Positions 12,773 to 27,497 of a stretch of DNA of 64,000 nucleotides are shown piece after piece. Origin of the DNA: Eledone cirrhosa (taxonomy: Eukaryota); NCBI GenBank assembly GCA_964016885.1, contig OZ024742.1, positions 84,196,001 through 84,260,000 on the forward strand. The letters are read 5' to 3'. The notes beneath the pieces are model-generated. The model was not told the origin of the DNA, did no database searches, and saw nothing but the letters and a program-made list of their open reading frames with translations. The position numbers and the translations under genes are program-made. Every line of letters starts with the position of its first letter. The first letter of the stretch is position 1.

Positions 12773-15464
12773 TTTATCGACAGTTACTTTATCGACCCCT
12801 ATGAAACTTGAACTAAAAATATTGAAGCATGTAGCTAGTGTGATATTGTACAGTTTTTACTAGTTCACCACTTTAATAAATTCTTATTATATTGAAACTA
12901 TTCTACCATAAATTTAAACATTACAGACCATATCACTCAGCAGTGTTTTAGAAAGCTAGCTCTTTGCTTACATAACAGTTTATTGATCAAATTATACCAG
13001 TAAATGCAGCCTAAACCCCATTCATTAATTCTAACCGCAACAATAATTTACTCTTCTTACAAAACAAAGCACTCTTCTGGCATCTATCCAACCGTTTATA
13101 TTTCATATTTTCTCCTTTTTTAAAAATATTTACTTAATTATTTAAGTAGTTCCATTTCAAAACCTCCCATATTGAATGTTAATAGTTTCATTGGCAAATT
13201 TTATTACACAAATTTTCTGTATTGATCTTTGAAATTTATATATATTTTTGCTCTTTTTCTCTGACTGTTCTTTGTTTGCTGTTTGTGATAGTCTGCTACA
13301 GTACACAGAAAATATATTTTGGTTTCAGTGCATCCTTGTTTAAACACTTGCTTTAAGCACTTTATTGTTTCTAAAATTTCAGATTTTATTCGTTTTTCCG
13401 TCGCTTCTTTTTATATTTTGTATTAGTTTCAGTTTTAATTTCATCGAAAAAGTAAATATGTTTTTACTTTCTTTTGCACCCTTCTAGGCATATCGCTTTT
13501 ATGCGGGTACCAAATGAGAAGCAATAGGAAACATCTATAATATAAGTGGACCACTAATAATGGACACACTTCTTTCTAAAATCTTGGAATTCTATTGTCA
13601 GAGGTGTCCATGATAAAGTTATTTTCATTCATTAAGTACTTTGTTATAGCACTGAAAAATGGTTTATTACTCTCTAAATAAATGTACGGAAATTTTTCAA
13701 AGTTACAGATAAGGATGATTCATTTTGTCCCAAATTGTTCCATACTCATTTACTTGTCTCTACTGATATCTTTGTGTATTAATCTCTTTTCTGTAATAGA
13801 AACCCAAATTAAAATCTTCATATTTGTTTCCCTCTCCAGATTCAAGACTGCCAAGTATTTATAGCAACCAATTTCCAAATAGAAAATGTTTGTAACTAAT
13901 GAAATAAAGCAACTATACTTTCTGCATATGTTCTTTTATCAAATCCTCGTTTCGTTCAGACAGGATGTACAAACCTTACGAGATATACTTAAAGTGGTCA
14001 TTAGCAGATGACATGTGCTCAGGTGATAGCGAATATTTTGTTATTGCATAAAGGTGAGAGAATAACACGTAGTTCTCCTGATGTCAATCTCCAAGGAAAG
14101 TATAATTTGCTAATATGAATACAGAAACCGCAACTGGAAATCTGAATACCAACTTTCATCCGTAATTTAAAGGCTTTTGAGACAATGCTAAATAAATAAT
14201 AACAGTGTTATAATTTTATATGCGGTATATACAAAGATATAAAGAATAGTCATAAGCTAGAAAAGGCTCTACTTTAGAATAATGCCAGGATAAAGTTAGA
14301 ACAGATCACACAGAATCCCATTAACAAGAGGCTATATCCAATTGTCATAAAAAATAGAAACTATCATAGATGAAACAAATAGTTATTTGCCTTAATCAAT
14401 TAAAATCAATTGAAGTTTCTCTCACAACAACAGTACATTTAACGTCTCGCAACGATCGATAAATAACCTATTTCTCTAACATATGCATATATGCAAGATA
14501 TAAAATGGATTTATCTATTAGTTAACTGATAAGTAATTCTGAGGATTTTATGACATTGCTTTCTAATTTAGGCACAATATAGCAATCTTTTGTGTGTAGA
14601 AGGAAAAATGGATGATAGCGAATCCAATGTTTGATTAGATTTTGCTTAAACAAACCTGAAAAGATGACCTGGATTCCTTTGGTTGGATTTTGAACCCACA
14701 ATATTAAGAGCCAGAAGAAATAACATTTTATCCGACACCCTAATGATTCTTTTCCTAAGCTTTCGATAAAGGATGCTTTTACTGCAAACCTACTATCACA
14801 ATCGCTTGTATTTTTATATTTATTGCTCACAGCTTATTTACTTTAATCTGTATAGCTACAAGTTTATCTATCAGTTTCTAACCCCAAGCCACGGCTTACT
14901 AACATTTCTTATTCACCACATCATATGTGGTGAATAACATCTTATATTTCTTTCAAATGGAATTCCACATATATTCCTCTGGCAAGGATAATTTCCCTGT
15001 CATCAAAATGTTGACAATAGGAAAAGGATTCATTAAAATATAACCATGTTTCACAAATAATCAGTAAATCTCACGTATAATCAGTTAATATCTACAGCTT
15101 CTGTTTGTCACTGATTCAACTGATAGAAGCCTCGCTAAAATGTCAGGCCTAATTACAAGTGATTTTTGTTGCTAGGTTTCTTCTCTGCTATTTCAGGATG
15201 CAATTCGGTCAAACTTCCAACATTTACAAACTGTTAATATAATAATCTATTCCACTAAATTTAAAACTGTGTGGTGCCATCACGATGTAACGGTAGCTAG
15301 GATAAGATGAGGGTAATAAATAAGCTACGATAAGAATGAAGAAAAAATCAAACACAATAAAAGAAAAAAACCCCACATAATTAACGGAATGGTAGAAACG
15401 TTGAAGTATATCTAAGACCTACACATCAGATTTGGCGAATGAATGGATTTTGTCTCTCATGAGT

Positions 15465-15797
15465 CGCTCAAGATAGAACCACTACTTTTCCTAATTTAAA
15501 GATCACAGCTCCAATATTATGGGCATGTGGTTAGAATGTATCAGGAAAGAATCGCGGAACAGGTTTTGCGGGTAAAATCAACCGGCAGGAGACCCTGGGG
15601 TAGACTCCGAGCAAGATGGTTGGATGACATCCATGAGCTTAGCTGGTTTCATTTCGGAATCCAGCCGTATCAGTTGGAAACGGTGCTTCTGACAGGACTC
15701 GCTAGAAGGAATGTTTAAGGATTCTGCCCTCACGACCATCTCATTAATATGTAGATGATGAAGAAGAAGAAGAAGAAGAAGAAGAAGAAGAAGAAGA
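15465..15797 (+). mobile_element. RTE-clade LINE 3' fragment with (GAA)n tail
   Basis: SQLQYYGHVVRM..ER...TGRRPWGR.RARW.D C-terminal motif. Confidence 0.75.
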
Positions 15798-15959
15798 ATG
15801 TTAATTATTTATTCATAAGCATATAATTTTGCTCGGATGTTTTCAGCAGCAGCAGCAGTTACAAAAGCAACATCATCAACAACAATAACAACAATACACC
15901 ACCAACAACAATAACATCAACAACAATTATCAGTTCTGCTTTTGGTACAAGGCCAGCGA

Positions 15960-17610
15960 GTTGAAACGTTATCAAATATAGGCCTATCACATATCTGTCC
16001 TTGACGTGAAAATTGTTAACAGCATTTGCCCGAGAAAATCTACCGCCACCTCAACATAAACAACTTATTTCCGGAGGAAAAGGAAGGATGCTGAAAGAAG
16101 CTCCGTGATACAAAAGAATAGTTACATGTTGACAAGATCATAAGGAAATGCAAGAGGAAGTAAGCTGGCCATGTCATGAGAAGGATAGATTAAAAGAAGG
16201 CAATGAACATGGTTCCTAATTTTTGGATAACCAGTTGTCTGGAAATCATTAAGATGCCGGACAACATCGGACTGCTATTAAGTAATAGCATGAAAAACTG
16301 GGAGACAGAGCTGACATCAGGGGTAGTATTTTTTGGAAGAGTGAAAATCAAGAGAGATATCGTCCAAGGAAATAGCCTCTCTCCTTTATTGTTTGTCCTT
16401 ACCCTCATACCATTGTCCCTCGTATTCCGAATGTGGACCAACTAAGTGTCTTCGGTAAGAACGAGAAGGAGATGGGTGTACTTGTTAACAATGTTCATAA
16501 TTTCAACAATGATTATATGTATGGGATTTTGGTGTTGCTAAGTGTGGAGTTCTAGTGGTAAGGAGAGGTAAATTGCAGCGAAGCAAAGGAATCGTGTTTT
16601 TCAGGCAGATAACATCAAGGATAAGTACTTGAAGGAGATGATAAGATTTGAATACATAAGGAGAGTAAGGATCATACTAATATCACATCTGAATAGAAGG
16701 AATGTCAAGTTCAATACATTCCAGAGTGGTGTCTATTATTAGGTATACTGCGGAAGTTCTTAAATGGAATGTAATCGAACAAATAGAACTGGATAGAAAG
16801 ACAAGAAAATTAACGACTTTCTACAGTATATTTCAGAAGTGTGAAGTTAATAGATTGTACTTACAGAAATCTGGAGGTGGGAGAGTTGTTGTCTGTGTGG
16901 AAGACCGTGTTCAGATGGAAACATGCTGTTTACACATATTTGTGTCTGAGAGTAAATAACCAATGCTAAAGGTGGAGATAATTGATAAGGGGGATGTCAA
17001 AGAAAAAGTATCAACAAAGAGGAAGAACAACCTGAATGAAACACCCCATCGTAATATCTCCTTGAAGAAAACAGGATTCAGAGATCCGCTGAAATTGGAT
17101 TGGCTAAAGAAAGGGGACTAAGAAGCTAAAGAGGGAATGCTACTGGCTTTACAGGAGCAAGCCCTTTGAACAAAGTGGATGAAACATCATATTGACAAGA
17201 AGGAAGCCAACCCACTCTGTAGAATATGTGGAAAGAGAGAGAGAAAACTGTGGCTCATACAATCACCGTGTGTAAATAGCTAGCCCAGACCAAAATGCTG
17301 TGGGATTTCAGAATACAATAGGCCTGGCCTGGTGGTTTTTGACAATGAAAATAGATTTTGCTTGATTATAAATGTAGCTTACCCTTTTAACACAAGAGTG
17401 CAAGAAAAGGAGGAAAAATGTAACCCGTACCAGGATCTAAAGTGAGAACTGAAAAGGAGTTGGGATTGTCAAGAGATCAAAGTCATCCCCATCGCCATAT
17501 GAACATTAGGTACTATCTTCAAGGATTGACAAGGCTGACTATAGAACATTAGCCAACCTCCATTTTTAGAACACTTCCTAAATATCTGAGGCTAAGAGTA
17601 GCGCCTTGAT
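15960..17610 (+). mobile_element. Decayed R4/Dong-like non-LTR retrotransposon (RT plus restriction-like endonuclease)
   Basis: YRPIT, PEEKEGC, IKRDIVQGNSLSPLLFVL, LDRKTRKL, RLYL..SGGGR, QEQAL, CRICG zinc knuckle, LWDF, YQDL; many stops and frameshifts. Confidence 0.85.
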
Positions 17611-17699
17611 GTTCATTTGAACAATTTTTTGGTTACATAACATCAATAGCTGAGATTCCAAATTCATAATAATAATTATACCTTACAACTACCGATAAT

Positions 17700-18615
17700 T
17701 GGATGCTGAAAATGGTTGCAGATCACGAAAGGAAGAGTAGGTTACATTCAATAAAAAAACCGTAAAACTGTTGCAGAAGAATTGGGAGTACCTTTTGAAA
17801 ATGATGGTAATCCTGCAATTAAAGCTGAAATAAACGCCGAAATATTGGCAGCACTTTAACGTCAACAGTGTCTGTGTACTAAATGGGAATAAAAACCACT
17901 GTATGGGCAGTATGTTCTCTACAGCAAAGAACCTGATGTAGAGCAAACTCACCCATCAGTGGCTGCGATGTTCTGGGCTAAAGTCAGAGGGTAAGGACTT
18001 CATTTTGGCTGCACAAGACCAGTGTCTTTCGACGCGCAACTTTCAAGCCAATGTGATCAGAAGTGGAATGGAACCAATGTGACGAATCTGTGATCAGCCT
18101 GTTGCGACCATTGATCACCTGGCTTTAGGCTGCAAAGTAAAAACTACCCAGGAATATACAACGGGTCATCATAGCGTGGGACAATATATGCACTAGGTAA
18201 TAGGCAGGTTTTACGGTTTGAAGGCAGATGGTAAATAGTACAACCATCACCCAGATTCAGTAACAGAATGCGAAAATATGCCTATCCTATGCGAATTCCC
18301 AGTGAACACTGACAAAACAACCAAGGCAAACAGTCCTGCTATAATTGTATTGGGCCATAAAATGAAAACTTTTTAATTGATATGAGCATTCCTTCAGATA
18401 GCAACATCTCCACGAAAGATTTCAGAAAGCTCAGTAAATATAAAGATTGACAATCGAAATTGAGAAAATGTGGTATCGTACGAATACCACATTTGGAATA
18501 ATAAAAAAGGGAACTGAAAAATACTTAAACCAGACATCTGGAAAGACATCTCTGCAAGAAATACAGAAATAGTGCACTGTTCATGTCCTGGGAAGGGCAT
18601 TATCAGTGTAAAAAC
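17700..18615 (+). mobile_element. Second decayed R4/Dong-like C-terminal (RLE) fragment
   Basis: THQWL, GCKV..EY..H..VGQYMH, FPVNTDKTTKANSP, LIDMSIPSDSN remnants. Confidence 0.7.
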
Positions 18616-20046
18616 CTTGCTAAGACAGTTACTGCTGATTATGCACTTGTGGCATCATTTGTATGACATTTGATTGTAAAATGTATTATCAAATGTTGAT
18701 TCTTTCTCAAAACCCTCTTAATAATTTGAGAAAGAATCAACATTCAAAGGGAGTTTTAAATGATAATAATGATAATTGTGATAATCAGTAATTCATGTAT
18801 ACAATAAAGTAAAAACACCAAAATATTATGACCGGAGAGGTATAAGGACTTTATACAACATATTAAATTTTCTCGAATTCTTATTCTCGTGTCTCAATGA
18901 TACATCCCATGCCTATTTTCTCCCCATCGCCCTTTACTTCTCTGATAATCAATTTTGAGAACTAAGGACGAAACAATTTCCTCGACCATTTGCTTGATTC
19001 GAAGTGTTGTGAAATAAGCAACATCCGCACACTGTTGCTGTTGCTTTGGTTGCTGTTTACCGCTCTCAATCTCCAACTCTCTTTTCAAGCACACATTTTG
19101 TGTTAGCATTCTGCGCCATCTTTTCGGATCACCCTGATTGGGATTGTGCATCCATTCCCGAGAGAAATCCAACCTTTTGTGTTTTGTTTGGGTTCATTTT
19201 TGTTTACCTATTTTTCTTTTGTTATTATATTCTAACATCTTTCACGTGCGACATTTTCCTTTTCCCTGACATATGAATGATAAAACACTGACTGCGTGTA
19301 ATCTGATTGGCCCTGTGTTTAAAGAGGAGACTCATCAATTTCTCGGTCATCACCGACCCTTGACCTTTATGTCAGGGGAGGTGCGATGATTTATTCTGGT
19401 CATTTCCATATGTGTGAACAGGAGAGCTCTGGAAACAGCTACAATAGCAGCCGTATTCCTTATATCTGTGGCCTGATGTCAGGACTATTGTTTCTACTGC
19501 TGTCTAACACCGCTTTTCTTTCCTTTTCCTCAGGGCGAAATGTAATAAATTGACCTTTTATACAATGCGCTTTGCAAATAGATGTTGGGCTCTGCACCAT
19601 CAGTCTGGATTTCTCCTTGTAGTGTTTGTGGGTCATTAAAACCTGTAAGTCTTCACAGACAATGTGTGATAACATATTGTTGCAGGTCACCTCTGTGTTC
19701 AACAAATATCTGTAATTTTTGGTAAATGTGACAACAAGCTATGGGTCGATGTCAATGCCGATGGCTCTGGCTGTAGTCGCAGCGTTTTTTTCATGAACCA
19801 CTAGCAGCCTATATTCTAGAAAATATTATAACTAACTAGCATTTTGTCTAGGTGGCATTTCAAGCATCAGGCACATTTACCTGCGATATTCATGAAATAG
19901 TTAATTCAAATAGACAATTCTCATATGGAGTTAATTCATTCAGCTGCTTACAAGCAAATTCAACATGGTTATTTTGCAGGTCACAATGACTTCTCGAACA
20001 GTATATTTGCACTTACTCATATTTCAGAATTTAAAGAAAATAAATA

Positions 20047-20232
20047 ATAATTGTTTCTACTTTTGGCACAAGGCCAGCAATTACCCAGTGCATTACTGGT
20101 CATTTATTTTATCGACTCCGTAAAGATGAAAGGCAAAGTTAACCTCGGCGGGATTTGAACTCAGAATGGCAAGGGCCGTAACTCTATGCGTCAAAGCATG
20201 GTGTCCGATCCTCTACCGATACTGCCAATCCT
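20047..20232 (-). mobile_element. Near full-length tRNA-derived SINE (Meta-domain-like core)
   Basis: Minus: A box TGGCAGTATCGG, B box GAGTTCAAATCC, core gcctttcatc..gagtcgataaaataaa. Confidence 0.85.
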
Positions 20233-20485
20233 CCTAAATAATAATGATTATAAATAAATAAATATAAATGAAATTGAAGAAAAAGAAAAGGCTTTATAAC
20301 AGTCTCTCTATTGTTAACTCTGAGCCAACTGGTATTATTTATTCTAAATATGCACCATGTATTTAAACACCATTAGCAATACATAACAACAATAAAACAA
20401 CAGACAAACAAACAGTAATAATTATAATTATCATTGTTAATGGAGAAACGCTGAGGATTTTTCCATTACCCCAACCACCAACACC

Positions 20486-20768
20486 CTTCTTCTTCTTCTT
20501 CTTCTTCTTCTTCTTCTTCTTCTTCTTCTTCTTCTTCTTCTTCTTCTTCTTCTTCTTCTTCTTCTTCTTCTTCTTCTTCGAGGACACCCACGCTATCGTC
20601 GTAGTCACAATCACCGACACTGTCACAGCCGTCATCGTCACAATCACCACTGTCTTCAACGTCGCTCTCATCATAGTCTATATCTTCTTTTCCCTTCCCC
20701 TCCCCCTCACCAACATCATCGTCATCATCATTCTCACCACCACCACCACCACCACCACCACCACCATC
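20486..20768. repeat. (TTC)n, (TCA)n and (CAC)n microsatellites
   Basis: Direct reading. Confidence 0.95.
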
Positions 20769-22299
20769 ATACCCATTCGTGTTCAGGAATTCGTAATATT
20801 TAATAAATAAAATGTGAGGATTAAACTTTAATATGCTTGAGCCGTTGTAATTTCCAGAACAAAAAGGTATACACAGAAATAGCATAACTGTACACAAAGA
20901 AAACACTAATATTACACACCCTTAGATACATACTCATATACAAATATAAAGACGAACTTATATAGAAATGCGTCAACACTCACACACACACACGCGCGCG
21001 CACACACACGCACACACACACGCACACACACACGCACACACACACACGCACACACACACATACACACACACACACATACACTCACACACACACTCAAACA
21101 CACACTCAAACACATACACATACACATACACACAAATGAAAACGAAAGAGCTTAATAAGTCTGAACTGGAGCCCCTGGCATTGCCGAAAATGACAGGGGG
21201 CGGTTCCATCTTTCAAAATAATGATGGAGGAGGTAAGCACTCTTATATCTCTTTCTTTCATTTGTTTACGAAACAAAGGGGACAAAACCAATTTAGTTGT
21301 CATATTACGTTTTACGTGTCCGTTGTAGAAATGTGCAACCTCTAAATAATTTACTGAATACCCGAATTGAATGAAGAATTCCAATTATGCAGGTAAACCG
21401 TTATTTCTTTAGCTGTCGTCCATCCTTTATCTATCGCTCTTTTTATCTCTGAATCCCTTTTTCTTTCTCTCTTTGTCTTTTCAAGTTTTGCAGGTGTCTT
21501 TTTGTGTTATTTAACAAATAAATGAATAAATAAATAAATAAATAAACAACATCACAAACACATATACATGAGACATTAAAACAACTAAAGCAAAAATCTG
21601 CTTGCGTGAAATTATGATACGAGAAACATTGAGAACATCCGGGTTGTAAACAAGGGTATAATGTCCCTGCTAGGCTGTGATTATAGTTTCGCTTGCTATA
21701 TTTAAGGAAGGTGATCACAGCTGTTGGATATCACAAAAAGACTTCTGCTTCACAAATACTATCTGATAGTGGGTATGTAAACTGTTTTCTATCACATTAT
21801 TTTACATTTCTCAACAATCTTTATCTACCAATTGACAGAATTGCAGACACTATATATATGTAATGCTGCGTTAAGCAAATATTGTAGGTAGCACGATACA
21901 CTAAAACATTTATAGGATAACTGACACGCATATTCATACATATGTAGTACAAACGCACACATGCTCATACATATATATTAGAAATACGCACTTAGAGAGA
22001 AACACAGTTAGAGTAACAAACACATATAATACATATGTGTATTATATGTGTTTGTTTCAAACACATATGTGACAACATATTGAGTTATTGAATAGAACAG
22101 AACATAAAAACAAAATTTCATACATAAACTTTATTTTCTAAGCACATGATCCATATCTACAAATATATGCTTACACATACATACTGGAGTTGATTTATGA
22201 GTAAACGATGAAGTCGAGAATCATTCGGTTTCCTAAATAGAATATTAGTCTACGACATCATTTATACCTATAGTTAGGACAATGGGATTGATGAGTTAA

Positions 22300-25200
22300 T
22301 ATCTGTATACAACAACTACAACGGTACGCGATGGGGCCCACCCACAGCACCGGCGGACAGAATGGAGAAGGCGTTTCCCCGGAGGACGGCGAGGGAGACG
22401 CACTGGAAGAGCCACTCCAACTCGCGGGGCTCACACCTGCGGTTGGCCAGCTCAGCGCCTATGGTGGTGAATAAGGAGGTAGCCCTGGGGCCGAGGACAC
22501 CAGAAGTCTCCACTGCCTGGGGCACAACCGCAAACCTGTCGGAGAGCGACCGGTATTTGAGGAGTTTGGCCCCCTCAGCCCGACGTGCAGTAGAACCTGG
22601 GTCAGTCGCAGACTGCACCAGGTTGCGGCTGCAGAAAGTGTCAGTGCAAGTGGCATCCCAGACGATGAGTTTGTCACCGCGGAACGGGAAGATGGTCATG
22701 CCATCTGGCATTTTGCCGTCCCCTCGATCCAGCCCCACCTGCTCGAGCTGGGAAGGGAAGCCTGCAGCGTCCAAGCCATACTTAATGACCTCGTTGAGGG
22801 CAGCATGGCGTGGAATGCGGCTGGCACTGTGGCTACAGGAAAGTGGGTGGAGGCCGAAAGAGTCCACGGCCACGGTGAAACCGCAGCGACATTGGTGTGG
22901 CTGGCAGATTCGCAGGCCGAGCCTCGGGGAAACGCCGATGCGCAGGCTATGGTTGTCTAGCTGCGTGCCAGTGGAGAAGGAGGGCAGGGCATGGAGCCAT
23001 GCACCCCTGTGGGGTTTGTAGGTCGCACGAAAACAAGCAAGGCGGTGCTGGTCGAGCTGGCGCGTGAGTCTGTCTGAGGCCAGGCTGCACTGGATGGCAT
23101 CCCAAGTGCGTTGGGGGGACTTGACGTCAACAGGGGGAGGGACGTCTACTAGGCTAAGTCCCAGCCGGTCCCACGTCTCACAGGCGGCCTCACGTTCACT
23201 GAACACAGAGGGTTCTGTTGTGTTTTGAAGAACCCTGCTGACGAGGACGCGGCACGAGGTTACCGACTAAAGATACGCCGGCAAAGCTAGTGAGATCGGG
23301 GACCGGAGGCCAAGCCCGTCATACCTGACAGGTAAAGTGGCCTGTTGCCACCCTATGTCAAACTTGACGTTGCATATCTCCTCGGCTGCTGCTCGGTATC
23401 GAGGTCAGCGAGGAGAGATGTCTGGGTGTAGCAGGGAGCGCTGCGGAGTGTATAGAGGCGCTTCGGCATGGCGAAGTAGTTCCTCAGCAGAAAGAGAGCT
23501 GGGTGGCCGTCAATCAAGCCCAGTCGGCTCGTGAGAGTCTGGAACTGTTGAAACTTGGACCTGATCGTGGAGTGGATGGCCGGTGGGTGGATCGGTGACC
23601 CGAGGATGAGGACATCCTCTTTGGGGGTCAACTGAATCTGGCGGAGATGGACCGCACGTCCAAGACGGACGCTGCAAAGTTCGCAGCATCGAGGCTGACA
23701 TTCACCACCTCCGACTTGGCCGAGTTGACCTGGAGGCCGATTACCCCCAGGGCAGGAACCACCGATTGAAGGTCATGGCAGACCGTCCGTACGGGCCCGC
23801 CCAACGTAGCACCATCCAGATAACAAACTTTGAGAGGGGCCGTGATACTCCGGGCGATGTGGTCAATACCAAGCGCGAACAGGAGGGGTCTCAAAGGGTC
23901 GCCCTGTTGGACCCCAGTAACCGAGGGTATGACCGTATCAGCAGCAAGGAGCATGCTCGGGGCTCCATATGACAGGTAGTCCAGCGGGTAGACATAGGGG
24001 GCTCGGCTGAGGCAACCCTCGAGCAGCTGATCCCGGCGTAAAGAGTTGAAGGCATTCCTCATGTCAAGCCTGACAATGAGGTGCCTGGAATCCCTGGATG
24101 CCGGTTCCGATGGGCAGCTTTTGAAGAACTTCGTGGTTGCATGAGCGGCCCCCTCACAGCCACCGGACACGCCGACACCCAGTTGCACCGAACTAAACTC
24201 CTCACCCAGTTCATGTGTTACGGACTTGCAGATCACCTTGGCAGCAATGGGGCGTATGCCACCCTATTTCTTCCTGAGAGCGGTGAGGCTGGCCGAAAAA
24301 AAGAGGACTCGGCCGTAAGGGTCCAGGGCACCATGGATGAGCCTATTGGTGAGTGCCACAACTACACTCAGAAGGCGGAGCCCGGCCTCAGCAGAGAGGG
24401 GGGGATGTCAACTCCTTGAGGTGGTCTGGTCGGAGACCATCAACATCTCCGCAGCAGCTGCTAGCTGGGAAGGACCTGATGGCGGATCTGAAGCCACAAG
24501 GAGCAAGTGGGGGTCGGGTGGGGATATGGGTCTGAGATCAGTGGGTGGCTCAGGGTGTTTGAGTCGCAGAGCAGCCATGACCTCCTCGGTGGGTTGGAGG
24601 ACAGTGTCCTCTGAGGCAACAACTCTGACTGCGGCCGAGACATCACCCATGATAAGCTTGGCGTTTACCTGGTCACGCAAACGCTTGGCGCTGGCCTCGG
24701 GGGTGGATTTAAGGGGGTACTTGAGGGTGGGGTGTGTGGCTCTATGGGCACGCTTGAAATGGGCGCACGCCCAAAGGACGAGACATTAGCCTTGACGAAG
24801 GCTGCCGTTGACCGGCCGCCCCGATCAGCGCCAGAGCTGGGGAGGCCGAGGGCGAGTGGGGCGAAATAGAACAGCCGCTCCCAGTCACTGGCTCGATTGG
24901 AGTCCAGGGCGGTCTCAATCGAGGAAGCGAGGGCATCCACTACCGGCACCCGTGCCGCTCTCGGGATCCTGAGTGGGTTCTTCTGGAGCCGTCTGAGCGA
25001 TGTTGACCAGCGAGGCTCGGGCGTCAGGCAAGCTCGCTGTCCCATCTGGTGTTGTGCCAGACGGCTGTGGCTGGGAAGACGTGGGGTAGAGGCAGCTCCT
25101 GCATCTCCACGCTGCGAGGGCATTGGAAGCTCGACGAGTCAAGCCAACGCAGATGAGGTGGTGGAAGCAGCCGCACCCCAAACAGTCCGGTCCCTCTTCC

Positions 25201-25358
25201 CTTTGTTAGTGGTGCTGCAAGTGTAGCAGGTGTCGGCTTGAAGGGAAGGTGGGTGGGGCGTGGGGCCGAAGACTGGGGCCCCGAACGGCATCAGAAGTGG
25301 GTGGTTGGCGTGTGTGGGTGGAAGGGAAAGTGGTGATAAGAGGGCCTCATAGCTCACG
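22300..25358 (-). mobile_element. GC-rich CRE-clade non-LTR retrotransposon (RT plus RLE), frameshifted
   Basis: QLGVGVSGGCEGAAH, DMRNAFNS, GVQQGDPL.PLLF, YLDG (YLDD site), CRCG..HPLSC knuckle, PDG..WDATCTD, AVETSG; ORF pieces 23628-24236, 23353-23631, 22316-23206. Confidence 0.88.
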
Positions 25359-25392
25359 TATTATACTTATATACATATATATATAGAAATGC

Positions 25393-25481
<89 letters not shown>

Positions 25482-25948
25482 TATATATATAATGTACATA
25501 TAGTTTGCCTTCATCATATTCTCTAATACGTTTCTGAAAATTATACGACTCTCTCCAGTCAGTTGTTAATATCCACTAATATGTTGTGGTGTGTTCTTTG
25601 AACATACAAAAGTACCTTAAAAGTAAATCCAAATAGAACATTGAAAAGTAAATAAATATTCTCTATAAATTTGCTGACTTAATCTATAGCATCTATAGAA
25701 AAATAATAGAAAAATAATAGATACAATATTTTTAGAGGGATTCTGAAATAGTTTGGCAACTCCATATTATAAACGTTAAGTGGCTGAAAGCATATTTAAT
25801 GCTTACGATGATAAAAAAACAAGAGAAGTCGGATCAAATAGGGAATGAAAGGAAAATAATATCGATTTCTACTATAAGCACAAGACTTTACATTTAATGA
25901 GGTAACGCATTTCACGATAGCATCGATCCAGTATTCATTTTGATTTTT

Positions 25949-26161
25949 ATATTTATATAATCCATTATGAATTAAAAACTCTACCATGTTCAAGTTTCAG
26001 GTTTTATACAAGTTTACTTTACTTCAGAAATGTATATATATATACATTTCTGAAGTAAAGTAAACTTGTATAAAACCTGAAACTTGAACATGGTAGAGTT
26101 TAATGGATTATATAAATATTTCTGACAATATTATTACAACAATATGATTCTTCCCAAGTAT

Positions 26162-26227
<66 letters not shown>

Positions 26228-26272
26228 ATACTTGGGGAGGGTCATATTGTTGTAATAATATTGCCAGAAATA
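25949..26272. repeat. Two adjacent palindromes centred on (TA)n (25977-26100 perfect; 26117-26272 imperfect)
   Basis: Reverse-complement arms read directly. Confidence 0.9.
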
Positions 26273-26418
26273 ATAACAGAATACACTCACTGTTTGGTTG
26301 GTTTTCGCTTCTGTATCTTTTTTTATCTCCACAGTTAACTCATTCTGTCCTCTATGTTTACCATTGACTGACCAACGGTAAAAATACAGATATAATATAG
26401 ATATAAACACATATATAT

Positions 26419-26468
26419 AGTCTAACAAAGTTCTTTCGTTGCATATCTGCAATATCATCAGTGGTACT
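26419..26468 (-). ncRNA. Degenerate hammerhead (family of 45633/45783)
   Basis: Minus: CUGAUGA-uaUUGCA gaua UGCAAc-GAAA-GAAC-UU; stem I eroded; flank 26221-26246 matches 45475-45503. Confidence 0.55.
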
Positions 26469-26487
26469 ATTATGTTCCTCCTCGCAA

Positions 26488-26544
<57 letters not shown>

Positions 26545-26704
26545 ATATATATACATATACATATATATATAAATATATATATATACATATATAAACATAT
26601 ACATATATATACATATACATATACATATATATATAAATATATATATATACATATATATATATACATATATATATAAATATATATATATACATATATATAT
26701 ATAA

Positions 26705-26737
<33 letters not shown>

Positions 26738-26877
26738 AATATATATATATATATGAATATAGACATAGAATATTCGAAAATATTCTGTATGTTTATAATA
26801 AACATTTTGAAGACCTAATCGCTATAGAATAGAATACGTCACGTATTACAATTAGATTCTCGATAAAAGCAAGGGAA

Positions 26878-26920
26878 GTAATCTACGCGTTTCATTCTCG
26901 TAAGAAATCATCAGGACTAC
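26878..26920 (-). ncRNA. Type I hammerhead ribozyme (array copy 1)
   Basis: GUAGUC-CUGAUGA-uUUCU uacg AGAAu-GAAA-CGCG-UA/GAUUAC. Confidence 0.9.
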
Positions 26921-27187
26921 ATATCCAGTGCTTTTATCGAGAATGACACAGCTAGAGACTTATAGAATACTTAGCTGTGTACAGGAACTGGTTTGAAAGA
27001 GCGGTTGCCGGTCCGGCAGAAATTAGAAATTGGAATAAATGCTCTGAAATAGCGATATATATGTGAATATAGACATAGAATATTCGAAAATATTCTGTAT
27101 GTTTATAATAAACATTTTGAAGACCTAATCGCTATAGAATAGAATACGTCACGTATTACAATTAGATTCTCGATAAAAGCAAGGGAA

Positions 27188-27230
27188 GTAATCTACGCGT
27201 TTCATTCTCGTAAGAAATCATCAGGACTAC
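27188..27230 (-). ncRNA. Type I hammerhead ribozyme (array copy 2)
   Basis: Identical to copy 1. Confidence 0.9.
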
Positions 27231-27497
27231 ATATCCAGTGCTTTTATCGAGAATGACACAGCTAGAGACTTATAGAATACTTAGCTGTGTACAGGAACTG
27301 GTTTGAAAGAGCGGTTGCCGGTCCGGCAGAAATTAGAAATTGGAATAAATGCTCTGAAATAGCGATATATATGTGAATATAGACATAGAATATTCGAAAA
27401 TATTCTGTATGTTTATAATAAACATTTTGAAGACCTAATCGCTATAGAATAGAATACGTCACGTATTACAATTAGATTCTCGATAAAAGCAAGGGAA

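Noticed and set aside
20363-20906. Poly-E/poly-K acidic or basic ORFs
   Set aside because: Produced by (TTC)n, (TCA)n and (CAC)n repeats; no supporting gene structure
22362-25226. Plus-strand ORFs over the CRE element
   Set aside because: Antisense shadows of GC-rich coding sequence
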